From the NCBI GenBank assembly GCA_037134355.1, contig JBAXMJ010000001.1:16951-80950 (forward strand): 64,000 nucleotides of DNA, in the 5' to 3' direction. Below the pieces are notes generated by a model, which was given only the letters and a program-made list of their open reading frames with translations, was not told the origin of the DNA and did no database searches. Below are positions 55,385-64,000 of this stretch, one piece after another. Numbering within the stretch: the stretch's first letter is position 1; each line of letters opens with the position of its first letter. The position numbers and the translations under genes were made by a program. Source of the DNA: a bacterium (GTDB lineage: Bacteria > Verrucomicrobiota > Kiritimatiellia > CAIKKV01 > CAITUY01).

Positions 55385-56106
55385 CAGGCAAGAAACTCAA
55401 CATTCCCCGCTGGCCCCTTGAGGGGCGACTCGCACAATCCCATCCAGTCTAGCGGCAATGTCCGGGTTCCAAACTGGCGGATCCGCTCAATCACATCCTC
55501 CCGAACCGCCGGGTCACGCACCACGCCACCCTTGCCTACCAAATCACGACCGGCTTCAAACTGGGGCTTGATTAGGGATACAATTTGACCGCCCGGCGCG
55601 ATTAATTTTGTAACAGGAGGAAGGATCAGGGTCAAGGAGATGAATGACACATCCACCACGGCAAACTGGAACCGCTCAGGGATGTCTCGCTCTGAAAGAA
55701 ACCGGGCATTCAACCCCTCCCGGACCACCACACGGGGATCATTACGGAGCCGCCAGTCGATCTGGCCCTTCCCCACATCAATGGCATACACCTTCGCCGC
55801 CCCGTGCTGGAGAAGACAATCGGTAAAGCCACCCGTGGACGCTCCAATATCCGCGCAGATCAGCCCGGCAACATCCAGGGAAAATGCCTCAAAGGCGGCT
55901 TCCAGTTTTCCACCGCCACGACTGACGAATTTCTCGCCAGCCTCAACCTCAATAACGGCGTCGGCATCGCACGGTCGCCCCGCCTTGTCAGCCACCTGAC
56001 CATCAACCCGCACGGCTCCGGCCAGAATGAGGCGCTGTGCCTTCTCCCGACTTTCCGCCAATCCCCGCTCGACCACGGCTATATCAAGACGCTGTTTTAC
56101 CATAAT
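55366..56106 (-). CDS. tlyA: TlyA-family rRNA 2'-O-methyltransferase
   Basis: S4 domain plus FtsJ-like 'DIGASTGGFTD'. Confidence 0.75.
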   Translation of the reverse strand: MMVKQRLDIAVVERGLAESREKAQRLILAGAVRVDGQVADKAGRPCDADAVIEVEAGEKFVSRGGGKLEAAFEAFSLDVAGLICADIGASTGGFTDCLLQHGAAKVYAIDVGKGQIDWRLRNDPRVVVREGLNARFLSERDIPERFQFAVVDVSFISLTLILPPVTKLIAPGGQIVSLIKPQFEAGRDLVGKGGVVRDPAVREDVIERIRQFGTRTLPLDWMGLCESPLKGPAGNVEFLAWWRKIL

Positions 56107-56136
56107 TTTCACCGTACCGCGTGAGCATGCCCCAGA

Positions 56137-57213
56137 TCACCCGGCTGGCGCAATAGAAATGAGTTTTCCGGAGTCAGCAGCCAGCATCCCACAGGCGGCA
56201 TGAATATCCTGTCCCCCGCTATATCGGCGGGCCACGGGCATCCGGAGGTGCAAACGCAGGGCATCCCGGAAATTATCGAGCTCGGACCGGTCAGGTGGCC
56301 GGAACTGCCCGGTGGCATCATTCACATCGATTAGATCCAGAGTAATAGGTAAGCCGCCGGTCAATCTCGCCAACTGCACCCCATCTTCCGCTCGGGTATT
56401 GAACCCTGAAATCAGAGGCCAGGCCAGAGTCACCCGTCGCCCCGAGACAAGATGATAATCGCGAATCGCGGCCATGAGATCCTCCAGCGGATAGGTCGAC
56501 TCGACCGGCATCACCTCGCGCCGGCGTGCGGAATCAGCGCTGGTAAGGGATACGACAAGACGGAATGGCAAACGATCGGCCGTGAAGCGTCTGATCCCGG
56601 GAACAATACCAGCCGTTGAAATACTAATGGCTTTCCCGGCTATCGCCATTCCGCACGGTTCCGCCAAGATCCGGGCCGCCCGAATCACCGATTCATAGTT
56701 GAGCAGGGGCTCCCCCATGCCCATGAACACCACGCCACGGACCGGATGTTCTGAGTCTGCCTGAATGCGGATGACCTGATCAACGATTTCCCATGCAGAT
56801 AAATCACGCGCAAAGCCCTGCCGCCCTGTGGCGCAAAACAGGCATCCCATGGCACAGCCAGCCTGGGAGCTGACGCACACGATGTATTTCGGGTCATCGG
56901 CTCGATTCAGGATGGGAATGCGCACCGCTTCAAAGGACTCCGGCCCATCCCCTCGAAACAGGTATTTTGCAAACCCGTCACAGGGAGAGACCACCTTGTT
57001 GAGCGTGACCAACCGGGGCAGCCTGACCACCCGCCCCACCCGCTCCAATAACTTTCCGGAAACGGCTGGAAGTGATTCTGGGATTTCATCGCGCTTCACC
57101 GCCGCCGCTTGGAGTTGCCGCGCCAGATGGAGCGATACCCCCAGAGAAGCCAGCGCGCTGTGCAGCTCTGAGGAGGTTAAATCTTTGAGGTTAACAGGCA
57201 TGTATCTCGACAA
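56137..57213 (-). CDS. rlmN: 23S rRNA/tRNA adenine-C2 methyltransferase RlmN (radical SAM)
   Basis: 'CVSSQAGCAMGCLFCATG' radical-SAM cluster motif. Confidence 0.8.
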   Translation of the reverse strand: MSRYMPVNLKDLTSSELHSALASLGVSLHLARQLQAAAVKRDEIPESLPAVSGKLLERVGRVVRLPRLVTLNKVVSPCDGFAKYLFRGDGPESFEAVRIPILNRADDPKYIVCVSSQAGCAMGCLFCATGRQGFARDLSAWEIVDQVIRIQADSEHPVRGVVFMGMGEPLLNYESVIRAARILAEPCGMAIAGKAISISTAGIVPGIRRFTADRLPFRLVVSLTSADSARRREVMPVESTYPLEDLMAAIRDYHLVSGRRVTLAWPLISGFNTRAEDGVQLARLTGGLPITLDLIDVNDATGQFRPPDRSELDNFRDALRLHLRMPVARRYSGGQDIHAACGMLAADSGKLISIAPAG

Positions 57214-57248
57214 TCGCCAATGTTCTGGGTGTTGCGCAACTCATCCAA

Positions 57249-58550
57249 CTACCTCAGACAGCGCTCGACCGCCTTGATGGCATCAATCGCGGAACTCGTG
57301 ATTCCGCCAGAATAACCGGATCCTTCACCGATAGGGATCAGGTTCTTTACGGCCACGGATTCGTAGTTCTCATTGCGACATATTCGAACGGACGAAGAGG
57401 TTCGTGTTTCGGGCGCCAGCAGGACGGCCTGTTCGGAAATGAATAGCGGCTCATCCTGCTTCCATTTCGCAAAGGCGCATAAAAGCTCATCGCCTACAAA
57501 TTTCGGAAAAAGTGATCTCAAGTCAACAGCCACAACGCCCATTTTACAGGAATTCGCATGGATCCCAACAGAGACCTGCCCGGCTATGAAATCTATGAGA
57601 TTCTGTGCGGGGACCTTCCACTCACGCCCCGCCGCCTCAAAAGCCTTTTGCTCAATTTCCGCCTGAAACTCAAGTCCGGCAAGGGGATGAGCCGACGGAT
57701 AATCCTCCGTGTGGCACCGCACCACCAGCGCTGAGTTAGAAAAGGCCGACGCCCGTGCGGCGTAACTCATGCCGTTTAAAACAAGCCGCCCGCTTTCAGA
57801 CGAGGCATTCACAATCTCACCCCCGGGGCACATACAGAAAGTGGCGACTCCCCTTCCCGTCTTTCGATCGGTGTGATTGAAAGAATAGGTGGCCGCTTCA
57901 AGCATTGGGTCATTGTGGTATTTTGCGCCATATCTGACCCGGTTGATGATATCGACCGGATGCTCAATTCGCACCCCGACGGAAATCGACTTCTGCTCAA
58001 GCGACACACCCTTTTCATGAAGCATCCGGAAGGTATCCCGGGCAGAATGTCCCACGGCTAGATAGAGGGTTGATACCAGATAGTCTTTCACCCCGTTGAT
58101 CACAATTCCGGCAACGCTCCCGTCGGATATCCGCACATCTGTCAATCGCGACGAATAATGGATCTCACCGCCATGTTCGAGGATATGATTCCGGATCGAA
58201 CGGACAATTCCGCACAGGACATCAGTCCCAAGATGCGGTTTGCGGACGACCCGGATGTCTTCAGGGGCGCCAAAGCGAATTAATGTTTCCAAAACCCGGT
58301 TGGCATAAGGGGAATTATTGACTCGCGAGAACAATTTCCCATCCGAATAAGATCCCGCCCCACCTTCACCGAACTGGATATTGGACTCGGAATCAAGCGT
58401 TCTTTCCCTTATGAATCGCTGGATGTCGCAATCCCGTTCCTCGATCTTTTTCCCCCGCTCAAAGATCAGGGGTTTGATCCCGGCATCGAGAAGTTCCAGA
58501 GCGGCGAACATTCCGGCAGGGCCGAATCCGATGATAACAGGTCGTTCCAA
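57249..58550 (-). CDS. FAD-dependent oxidoreductase (COG2509-like)
   Basis: 'IIGFGPAGMFAALEL' dinucleotide-binding motif. Confidence 0.6.
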   Translation of the reverse strand: MERPVIIGFGPAGMFAALELLDAGIKPLIFERGKKIEERDCDIQRFIRERTLDSESNIQFGEGGAGSYSDGKLFSRVNNSPYANRVLETLIRFGAPEDIRVVRKPHLGTDVLCGIVRSIRNHILEHGGEIHYSSRLTDVRISDGSVAGIVINGVKDYLVSTLYLAVGHSARDTFRMLHEKGVSLEQKSISVGVRIEHPVDIINRVRYGAKYHNDPMLEAATYSFNHTDRKTGRGVATFCMCPGGEIVNASSESGRLVLNGMSYAARASAFSNSALVVRCHTEDYPSAHPLAGLEFQAEIEQKAFEAAGREWKVPAQNLIDFIAGQVSVGIHANSCKMGVVAVDLRSLFPKFVGDELLCAFAKWKQDEPLFISEQAVLLAPETRTSSSVRICRNENYESVAVKNLIPIGEGSGYSGGITSSAIDAIKAVERCLR

Positions 58551-58732
58551 TGGAATAGTAATGCTCCTCGCCTGAATCTAAATCGTTTTGCAAAACCCGG
58601 AACATAATCGGATTTCACCAATTGGACAATAGCATTCCTCAAATCTGACCTTAAAACCAGCCGAGGAAAAAATTTCACAATGCAAAAACAATTTGATAAC
58701 TTCGCAGCCTTTTGAAGAAAAGGTGAAGTAAT

Positions 58733-59977
58733 ATGAAAGCAACACTCAACGACCTGACAATCCGGGACGATCTGATCCGGATTGCGAAACAAAAACGACT
58801 GAATGTCACAGGCGGAATGATCCGCCGCACTTCCTCGCGCTTTTGTCTTGGCGTGGAGCATGGCGATTACAATGGCACCGAGTTATTCGGTGTCGGAACC
58901 GACCGGTTCATCTGGATGGCCTATAAGCCTAATGGAACGAACCGGTTCCGGCTTTATAGCGACAACTTTCCAGGGGATGGCGTCATCGAGTTCCAGTCCG
59001 GAAAGATTCCCCCACCCTGCCACAAGTCGACCGCCGACACCTGGGCCCGATTCGCTTATGGGTGCGACTATATCCTGCGCAAAGCGGGATTTGAACTGAA
59101 GGCGGGATTTGATGCGGTTCTGATCGGCAATATCCCCGGTGGCGGCATGTCCCGTTCGGCCTCACTCACGCTAAACCTCCTCCTGACCATGATGGAAGTC
59201 AATGGGATCAAGCTCGGCAAAAACCCGATGCAGATCATTGATCTGGCTCAGACGGTTGAAAACGATTACATCGGCTCACCCTGCGGCCAGCTTGACCAAA
59301 TCATGATCTATTTTGCAAAAGCCGGAATGGGAACCCATTACGACCCCAAAACCCGCGCGATCAAGTACATCCCGCTGGGTAAAGAAGCCTCGGACTTCCG
59401 CATCGTTAGTCTCGACACCGCCACCGTGCGGCCCGGCCTTGAAAAATCAACCTACCGGTTGCGCCGGGCGGAATGCGACGCGTTTGCCGCATTGGCCGGA
59501 AAGAAATTTGGCTTCACGATGCTGGCGGATGTCCGTGACGACAAGCTTTATCAAAAAATCCTGTCTGCATTCGGCAAAACCCACCCGGATCATTGCGACC
59601 GCCTGACTTACATCTACGGTGCCCAGAAACGCTTCTACAAGATGCTCAAGGCCTGGCGGTCCGGAGATATTGAGACCGTGGGTGCGATTTTTCGCGAGGA
59701 TGGTCTCGGTCTGCGCGATCAGTATAAAATCTCTGGCCCCGAACTCGAGACGATGTGCGACATCGCCCGAACGATCCCTGGTGTTTACGGCGAGCGAATG
59801 CTGGGGGGAGGCGATAAAGGAGCCGCAGGCGCCCTTGTGGCCGCCAAGAGCGTCAAGGCACTTCAGGATGCCGTTGCCGTTGCCTATCCCCGTAGTGTCC
59901 CGGCTCTGTCCGGGAAATTCGCGGTGCATGCCTTGAAGGTGGTTGACGGAGTGACGGTGTTCGACAGCCTGCTCTAA
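58733..59977 (+). CDS. Galactokinase-family GHMP sugar kinase
   Basis: 'GVEHGDYNG' galactokinase signature, GHMP motif 'PGGGMSRSASL', 'GGGDKGAAGALV'. Confidence 0.65.
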   Translation: MKATLNDLTIRDDLIRIAKQKRLNVTGGMIRRTSSRFCLGVEHGDYNGTELFGVGTDRFIWMAYKPNGTNRFRLYSDNFPGDGVIEFQSGKIPPPCHKSTADTWARFAYGCDYILRKAGFELKAGFDAVLIGNIPGGGMSRSASLTLNLLLTMMEVNGIKLGKNPMQIIDLAQTVENDYIGSPCGQLDQIMIYFAKAGMGTHYDPKTRAIKYIPLGKEASDFRIVSLDTATVRPGLEKSTYRLRRAECDAFAALAGKKFGFTMLADVRDDKLYQKILSAFGKTHPDHCDRLTYIYGAQKRFYKMLKAWRSGDIETVGAIFREDGLGLRDQYKISGPELETMCDIARTIPGVYGERMLGGGDKGAAGALVAAKSVKALQDAVAVAYPRSVPALSGKFAVHALKVVDGVTVFDSLL

Positions 59978-60984
59978 ATCAGCCCGTGGCTGATAAAAAC
60001 CAACCCTGGCACAGTTACCAGACTGATCAGGGTTGAGCAGAAGATGGAGCTGGCGCTTAATGCACTGTCTCCATCGAACCGTTCCGCAAACATGGTGCAA
60101 CTGATCGCGACCGGCATAGCGACAATAATCACGGCCGTAATGAATTCTGCTTCCGTCAGACTGATACCACTTACCAGCATTCCTCCCTTCAACAGGAGGA
60201 TCGTGAGCACGGGCGCAACAAGCAGTCTGGCGGTTGTAACACCGACCAGCGGGCGCCATTGAAAATGGCTTGTCTTGACCATACCGCCCAGTTGCGCACC
60301 AGTTGCCAGAAGGGATAAGGGAATCGTCAAATCCCCGATCATTTTCAGGGCACCTATAACCACATCCCCGAAAATCAACAGGCCGGAACTCGACTCGGAA
60401 TGGCCCAGCCGGGCCGCGCATGGGAAGAACAATGCTACAGCGGCACCGCCCAATGTGGCCCAAATCCCGGCATTCCCGAGAAGCGTGCGCCACGCCGACA
60501 GACCCGGTTTGCCCCCCTGAAGAATCCTGATGCCGAATGACCACAGAACAATCTGCGCCCCAAAATTGTTGAGCAACACGAACCGCACCCCCTCAGCACC
60601 GTAAAGCGCCTCGGCAATAGGAAGTGGCAGAAAAACCCAATTTGGAATCGCAACGAGAAATGTGAATGTGCGGCGACTCACCGGATTCAATCCGAAAAAC
60701 GAAACAAACAGACGACCCACTCCGGCGGCCAGAACAATGCTGATCAAGGCGAAGAGAGGCACCCACCACCCCCGACTCAAGGCCGCCGGGCTAACCGTTC
60801 CGATCATTTGAACAATAATAAGGCAGGGGAAAGTCAGTTGAACCACAAGGAGGCCAAGGGCCTTCGTCAAGGCAGGAGTCAAATAATCACGGCGGGACGC
60901 CCACCCCCCTGCCATCATCACCATGAACATGACGGCGATTTTTAGGAACACAACCTGACTTTGATGCATAACATCACCCCGCAA
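59974..60984 (-). CDS. AEC-family (auxin efflux carrier-like) membrane transporter
   Basis: About 10 TM helices, AEC topology. Confidence 0.6.
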   Translation of the reverse strand: MRGDVMHQSQVVFLKIAVMFMVMMAGGWASRRDYLTPALTKALGLLVVQLTFPCLIIVQMIGTVSPAALSRGWWVPLFALISIVLAAGVGRLFVSFFGLNPVSRRTFTFLVAIPNWVFLPLPIAEALYGAEGVRFVLLNNFGAQIVLWSFGIRILQGGKPGLSAWRTLLGNAGIWATLGGAAVALFFPCAARLGHSESSSGLLIFGDVVIGALKMIGDLTIPLSLLATGAQLGGMVKTSHFQWRPLVGVTTARLLVAPVLTILLLKGGMLVSGISLTEAEFITAVIIVAMPVAISCTMFAERFDGDSALSASSIFCSTLISLVTVPGLVFISHGLI

Positions 60985-62845
60985 GCGCGTTTACAACCCG
61001 ATCCGCAATCGCATCAGGAGTGAGGCCATATTTTTCCATGAGAATGGAGGGGGCCCCCTGGGGCACAAATTCAGTCGGCCACCCGTTTCTAATGACCCGA
61101 CCGCGATAGCCCTCATCCAAAAGCTTTTCCGCAATCGCCGATCCAAACCCTCCGGAAGCCACGGCATTCTCAATCGTCACAAAGGCACGTGCCAAACTAC
61201 TTTGAGACAGGATCATCTCCTTGTCGAGCGGAGCGGTAAATCGACCATTTACCACACCGACCGAATACCCTTTTGTAACCAGGATATCCGCTGTGGCAAT
61301 GGCGAGCGGCAACATATCGCCCAGCGCCCATATCTGGATCTCCCAGCCTGCCCGCAGGACATGCGCACGACCCCGCGGAATTTCCTCGAACTGTTCAGGG
61401 GCCACATATCCCGGGCAAGCTCCCCGTGGGTAGCGGATCACGACTGGACGCTTCCACAACAGTGCAGAATAAAGCATGTGCGCCAGTTCAACCCCGTCCG
61501 CCGGTTGCATCAGGGTCAGGTTCGGGAAACTGCGCATCATCGCCAGGTCAAAAACGCCATGATGGGTCGGGCCGTCATCCCCCACAATGCCCGCCCGATC
61601 CAGGCAAATCACCACGGGCAAATTCTGCAGGCACACATCATGCAGAATGTAATCCATCGCCCGCTGGGAAAAAGTTGAATAAACGGCGAAAACAGGGCTC
61701 ATCCCCTGGGTTGCCAATCCTGCGGCAAAAACAACCGCATGCTCCTCCGAGATCCCTACATCATGGAAACGGGTTGGGAAACGCGAGGCAAAGGAGGACA
61801 AGCCTGTCCCGGTCTGCATGGCCGCCGTGATGGCAACAATGGACGGGTCACGGGCGGCCAACCGCTCCAGCGTGCTTCCGAAAACATGGGAGAAAGAAGG
61901 CGCCACGGAAGGCGTACAGGCCAAACCGGACTCAATGTCAAACGAGCCGATGCCATGCCAGCTTTCGGGGCTCTTCTCGGCATATTCATAACCACGCCCC
62001 TTCTGAGTGACGACATGCAGGAGTACCGGAACGGCATCATCACTCGCAATCTCAAGCGCGGCAATCAAACGGGGAATATCGTGCCCATCAATCGGGCCGA
62101 TATACCGGAACCCGAATTCTTCAAACATGACACTTTTCAGGAAAAGATTTTTGATGGACTCTTCGAGACGATAATAGATGCGGCGCAATGTGGTTGACTC
62201 TCCCGACAACCGCTTGACCACGCCCTCAATGAAATGCTTCCACCGGTTATAGCGGGGATTTGCCAATAGTTCGCCCAGATATTTCGACACCGCACCAACA
62301 TTTGCGGAAATGGACATTTCATTGTCGTTCAGAATCACAATGAGGCGTTTTGCGGACGATTCAACGTTATTCAAGGCTTCAAACGACACTCCACACGCCA
62401 AGGAGGCATCTCCGACAACAGCCACAATATGCTCATGCCCCCCCTTTTCATCCCGCGCCGCCGCCATGCCCAATGCTGCGGAAAGGGCCGTGCCGGAGTG
62501 TCCCGCCCCGAAGGCATCATAAGGGCTCTCCCTGCGGCTCAGGAATCCGGAAATCCCTCCATATTGCCGAAGCGTTTGGAATCGATCCTTGCGCCCCGTC
62601 AGGATCTTGTAGGTATAGGCCTGGTGGCTCACATCGAAAAGGATCTTATCCTCAGGTGGGCTGAATACTCTCAAGAGGGCAATTGTCAGCTCTACCGTGC
62701 CAAGATTGGACGCCAAATGCCCGCCCGTCTTGCTGACAGTGTCGATGATCAGCGCCCGGATGTCCCCCGATAGTTGATTCAAGTCCTCCTTCACAAGGCC
62801 CTTGAGATCCGCCGGCTCATTTACTTTTTCAAGAACGCTACTCAT
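60974..62845 (-). CDS. dxs: 1-deoxy-D-xylulose-5-phosphate synthase
   Basis: 'GGHLASNLGTVELT', TPP-binding and transketolase domains. Start at MSSVLEK (about 62844). Confidence 0.9.
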   Translation of the reverse strand: MSSVLEKVNEPADLKGLVKEDLNQLSGDIRALIIDTVSKTGGHLASNLGTVELTIALLRVFSPPEDKILFDVSHQAYTYKILTGRKDRFQTLRQYGGISGFLSRRESPYDAFGAGHSGTALSAALGMAAARDEKGGHEHIVAVVGDASLACGVSFEALNNVESSAKRLIVILNDNEMSISANVGAVSKYLGELLANPRYNRWKHFIEGVVKRLSGESTTLRRIYYRLEESIKNLFLKSVMFEEFGFRYIGPIDGHDIPRLIAALEIASDDAVPVLLHVVTQKGRGYEYAEKSPESWHGIGSFDIESGLACTPSVAPSFSHVFGSTLERLAARDPSIVAITAAMQTGTGLSSFASRFPTRFHDVGISEEHAVVFAAGLATQGMSPVFAVYSTFSQRAMDYILHDVCLQNLPVVICLDRAGIVGDDGPTHHGVFDLAMMRSFPNLTLMQPADGVELAHMLYSALLWKRPVVIRYPRGACPGYVAPEQFEEIPRGRAHVLRAGWEIQIWALGDMLPLAIATADILVTKGYSVGVVNGRFTAPLDKEMILSQSSLARAFVTIENAVASGGFGSAIAEKLLDEGYRGRVIRNGWPTEFVPQGAPSILMEKYGLTPDAIADRVVNALAG

Positions 62846-62980
62846 AGCATCAACCCTATTCCCCACTTTTTGATTAGAAAGTTGTTTCAAGTTAGGGGAA
62901 GACACCCTTGGAGTCAAGACGTGGCGAACCCTTCCAGATGAGGATTGTGGATTCAGTCTGTGTTTGTTTTAATAAGTCAA

Positions 62981-64000
62981 ATGAACATTCTTCTGCTCGC
63001 TCCCCATCCCTTCTATCAGGAACGTGGAACCCCCATCGCGGTCAACCTTTTGCTGAAGGCACTTTCTCGACTGGGACACACCGTGGATGTATTGACTTAT
63101 CATGAAGGGAACGATGTCACTTACCCGAATGTGACGATTCATCGCATCACCCCTCCTCCATTTACGAGGAATGTGCCGCCAGGGCCTTCGCTCAAAAAGA
63201 TCCTCTGCGACCTGTATATGCTTCCCAAAGCCCTCGCCATGGCGCGTCGCAAACCCTATGACCTCGTTCATGCCATTGAAGAGTCGGTTTACATGGCTAT
63301 GCTGATCCGGCACCGGCGGGGGATTCCCTATTTTTATGACATGGATTCTTCACTTGCCCGCCAGATCGCTGAAAAGTTTTCATTTTTAGGGTTTTTGTTG
63401 CCGATCATGACGCGCACGGAACGCGCCGCAATCCGGGGTGCCCTGACAGTGGTTCCGGTCTGTGATGCCCTCGCTCGAATTGCAAAAAAGGATGGGGCTG
63501 CCAGAGTTGTGCTACTGCGGGATATTTCCTTACTATCTCCCGCTTCACCGGAAGACCTTGAGCGCGTCAGGAAATTGGTGCCCCGGCATGAATCCCTGTG
63601 CTTCATGTATGTCGGCAATCTCGAGGTCTACCAGGGCGTCGACCTCATGCTGAACAGTTTTTCTGAATTTTTGAAAGCCGGAAACAAGGCCCGACTCGTT
63701 ATCGCCGGGGGCCAGGAAGCAGACATCCTACGTTACCGGGCGAAAACCGAAAAACTGGGCATCGACGAAAACACCCTGTTTCTTGGCCCCCAACCCGTCA
63801 GTCGCATGTCAGCTCTTTTTGAAGTCGCCGATGTCCTGATCTCCCCCCGCATTACGGGAAATAACACGCCCATGAAAATTTATTCCTATCTGGCGTCAGG
63901 AAAAGCGATTCTCGCCACAGCGCTTCCGACCCATACCCAGGTACTCACCCCCGAGGTTGCCCTGCTCGTTCCGCCCGACATTCGAAGTTTTGCCGGGGCC
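62981..64000 (+). CDS. Family 4 (group 1) glycosyltransferase; partial, runs off the window end
   Basis: My own translation from ATG 62981: MNILLLAPHPFYQERGTPIAV...; a GT4 N-terminal domain and the start of a C-terminal domain. No stop in the window. Confidence 0.6.
   Translation, partial: MNILLLAPHPFYQERGTPIAVNLLLKALSRLGHTVDVLTYHEGNDVTYPNVTIHRITPPPFTRNVPPGPSLKKILCDLYMLPKALAMARRKPYDLVHAIEESVYMAMLIRHRRGIPYFYDMDSSLARQIAEKFSFLGFLLPIMTRTERAAIRGALTVVPVCDALARIAKKDGAARVVLLRDISLLSPASPEDLERVRKLVPRHESLCFMYVGNLEVYQGVDLMLNSFSEFLKAGNKARLVIAGGQEADILRYRAKTEKLGIDENTLFLGPQPVSRMSALFEVADVLISPRITGNNTPMKIYSYLASGKAILATALPTHTQVLTPEVALLVPPDIRSFAGA

Overview
This 64 kb window is chromosomal, about 58-60% GC, from an anaerobic Gram-negative bacterium. 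The gene content (LpxI/LpxB, many PQQ-like beta-propeller proteins, sigma-54 enhancer-binding protein (EBP) usage, Dfx/rubredoxin/rubrerythrin) tentatively suggests a PVC-superphylum lineage such as Kiritimatiellia, Verrucomicrobia or Lentisphaerae. Most of the window is housekeeping: nifU-nifS, proS, hisS, valS, hom-lysC-cimA, zwf-pgl, lpxI-lpxB, dxs, pilT, rRNA methyltransferases and two tRNAs (Asp-GTC, Leu-TAA). Five things stand out.
(1) A REP-RAYT-REP unit at 1344-3165: an HuH tyrosine transposase bracketed by short palindromic REP hairpins, including a 3-copy tandem REP array. The RAYT frame has no stop codon and reads through the REP array into a downstream NHL lipoprotein gene whose signal-peptide n-region appears replaced by REP sequence.
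(2) A perfect sigma-54 promoter (TGGCAC-N5-TTGCA, minus strand, 25960-25975). It lies between a GAFTGA-containing bEBP with an unusual degenerate ArsC/LMW-PTP-like, Cys-rich PAS sensor and a co-directional run of seven downstream genes: small Cys protein, secreted thioredoxin, rubredoxin (unlisted short ORF), desulfoferrodoxin, ferritin, Cys-rich protein, DsbD. This looks like a candidate redox-sensing sigma-54 regulon for oxygen detoxification.
(3) An unusual fusion of CoaB (phosphopantothenate-cysteine ligase) with a YfbR-like HD 5'-deoxynucleotidase, co-transcribed with a divergent ThyA-family enzyme.
(4) A decayed defense or mobile scar at 5898-6827: a DNA methyltransferase fragment plus a RelE/ParE-RHH toxin-antitoxin pair with an operator palindrome.
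(5) A NapG/NapH-like quinol-dehydrogenase module downstream of three secreted beta-propeller proteins, with no molybdoenzyme in view.
Two very long GC-rich palindromes act as likely terminators. Start coordinates adjusted from the ORF track are estimates, plus or minus a few nucleotides.
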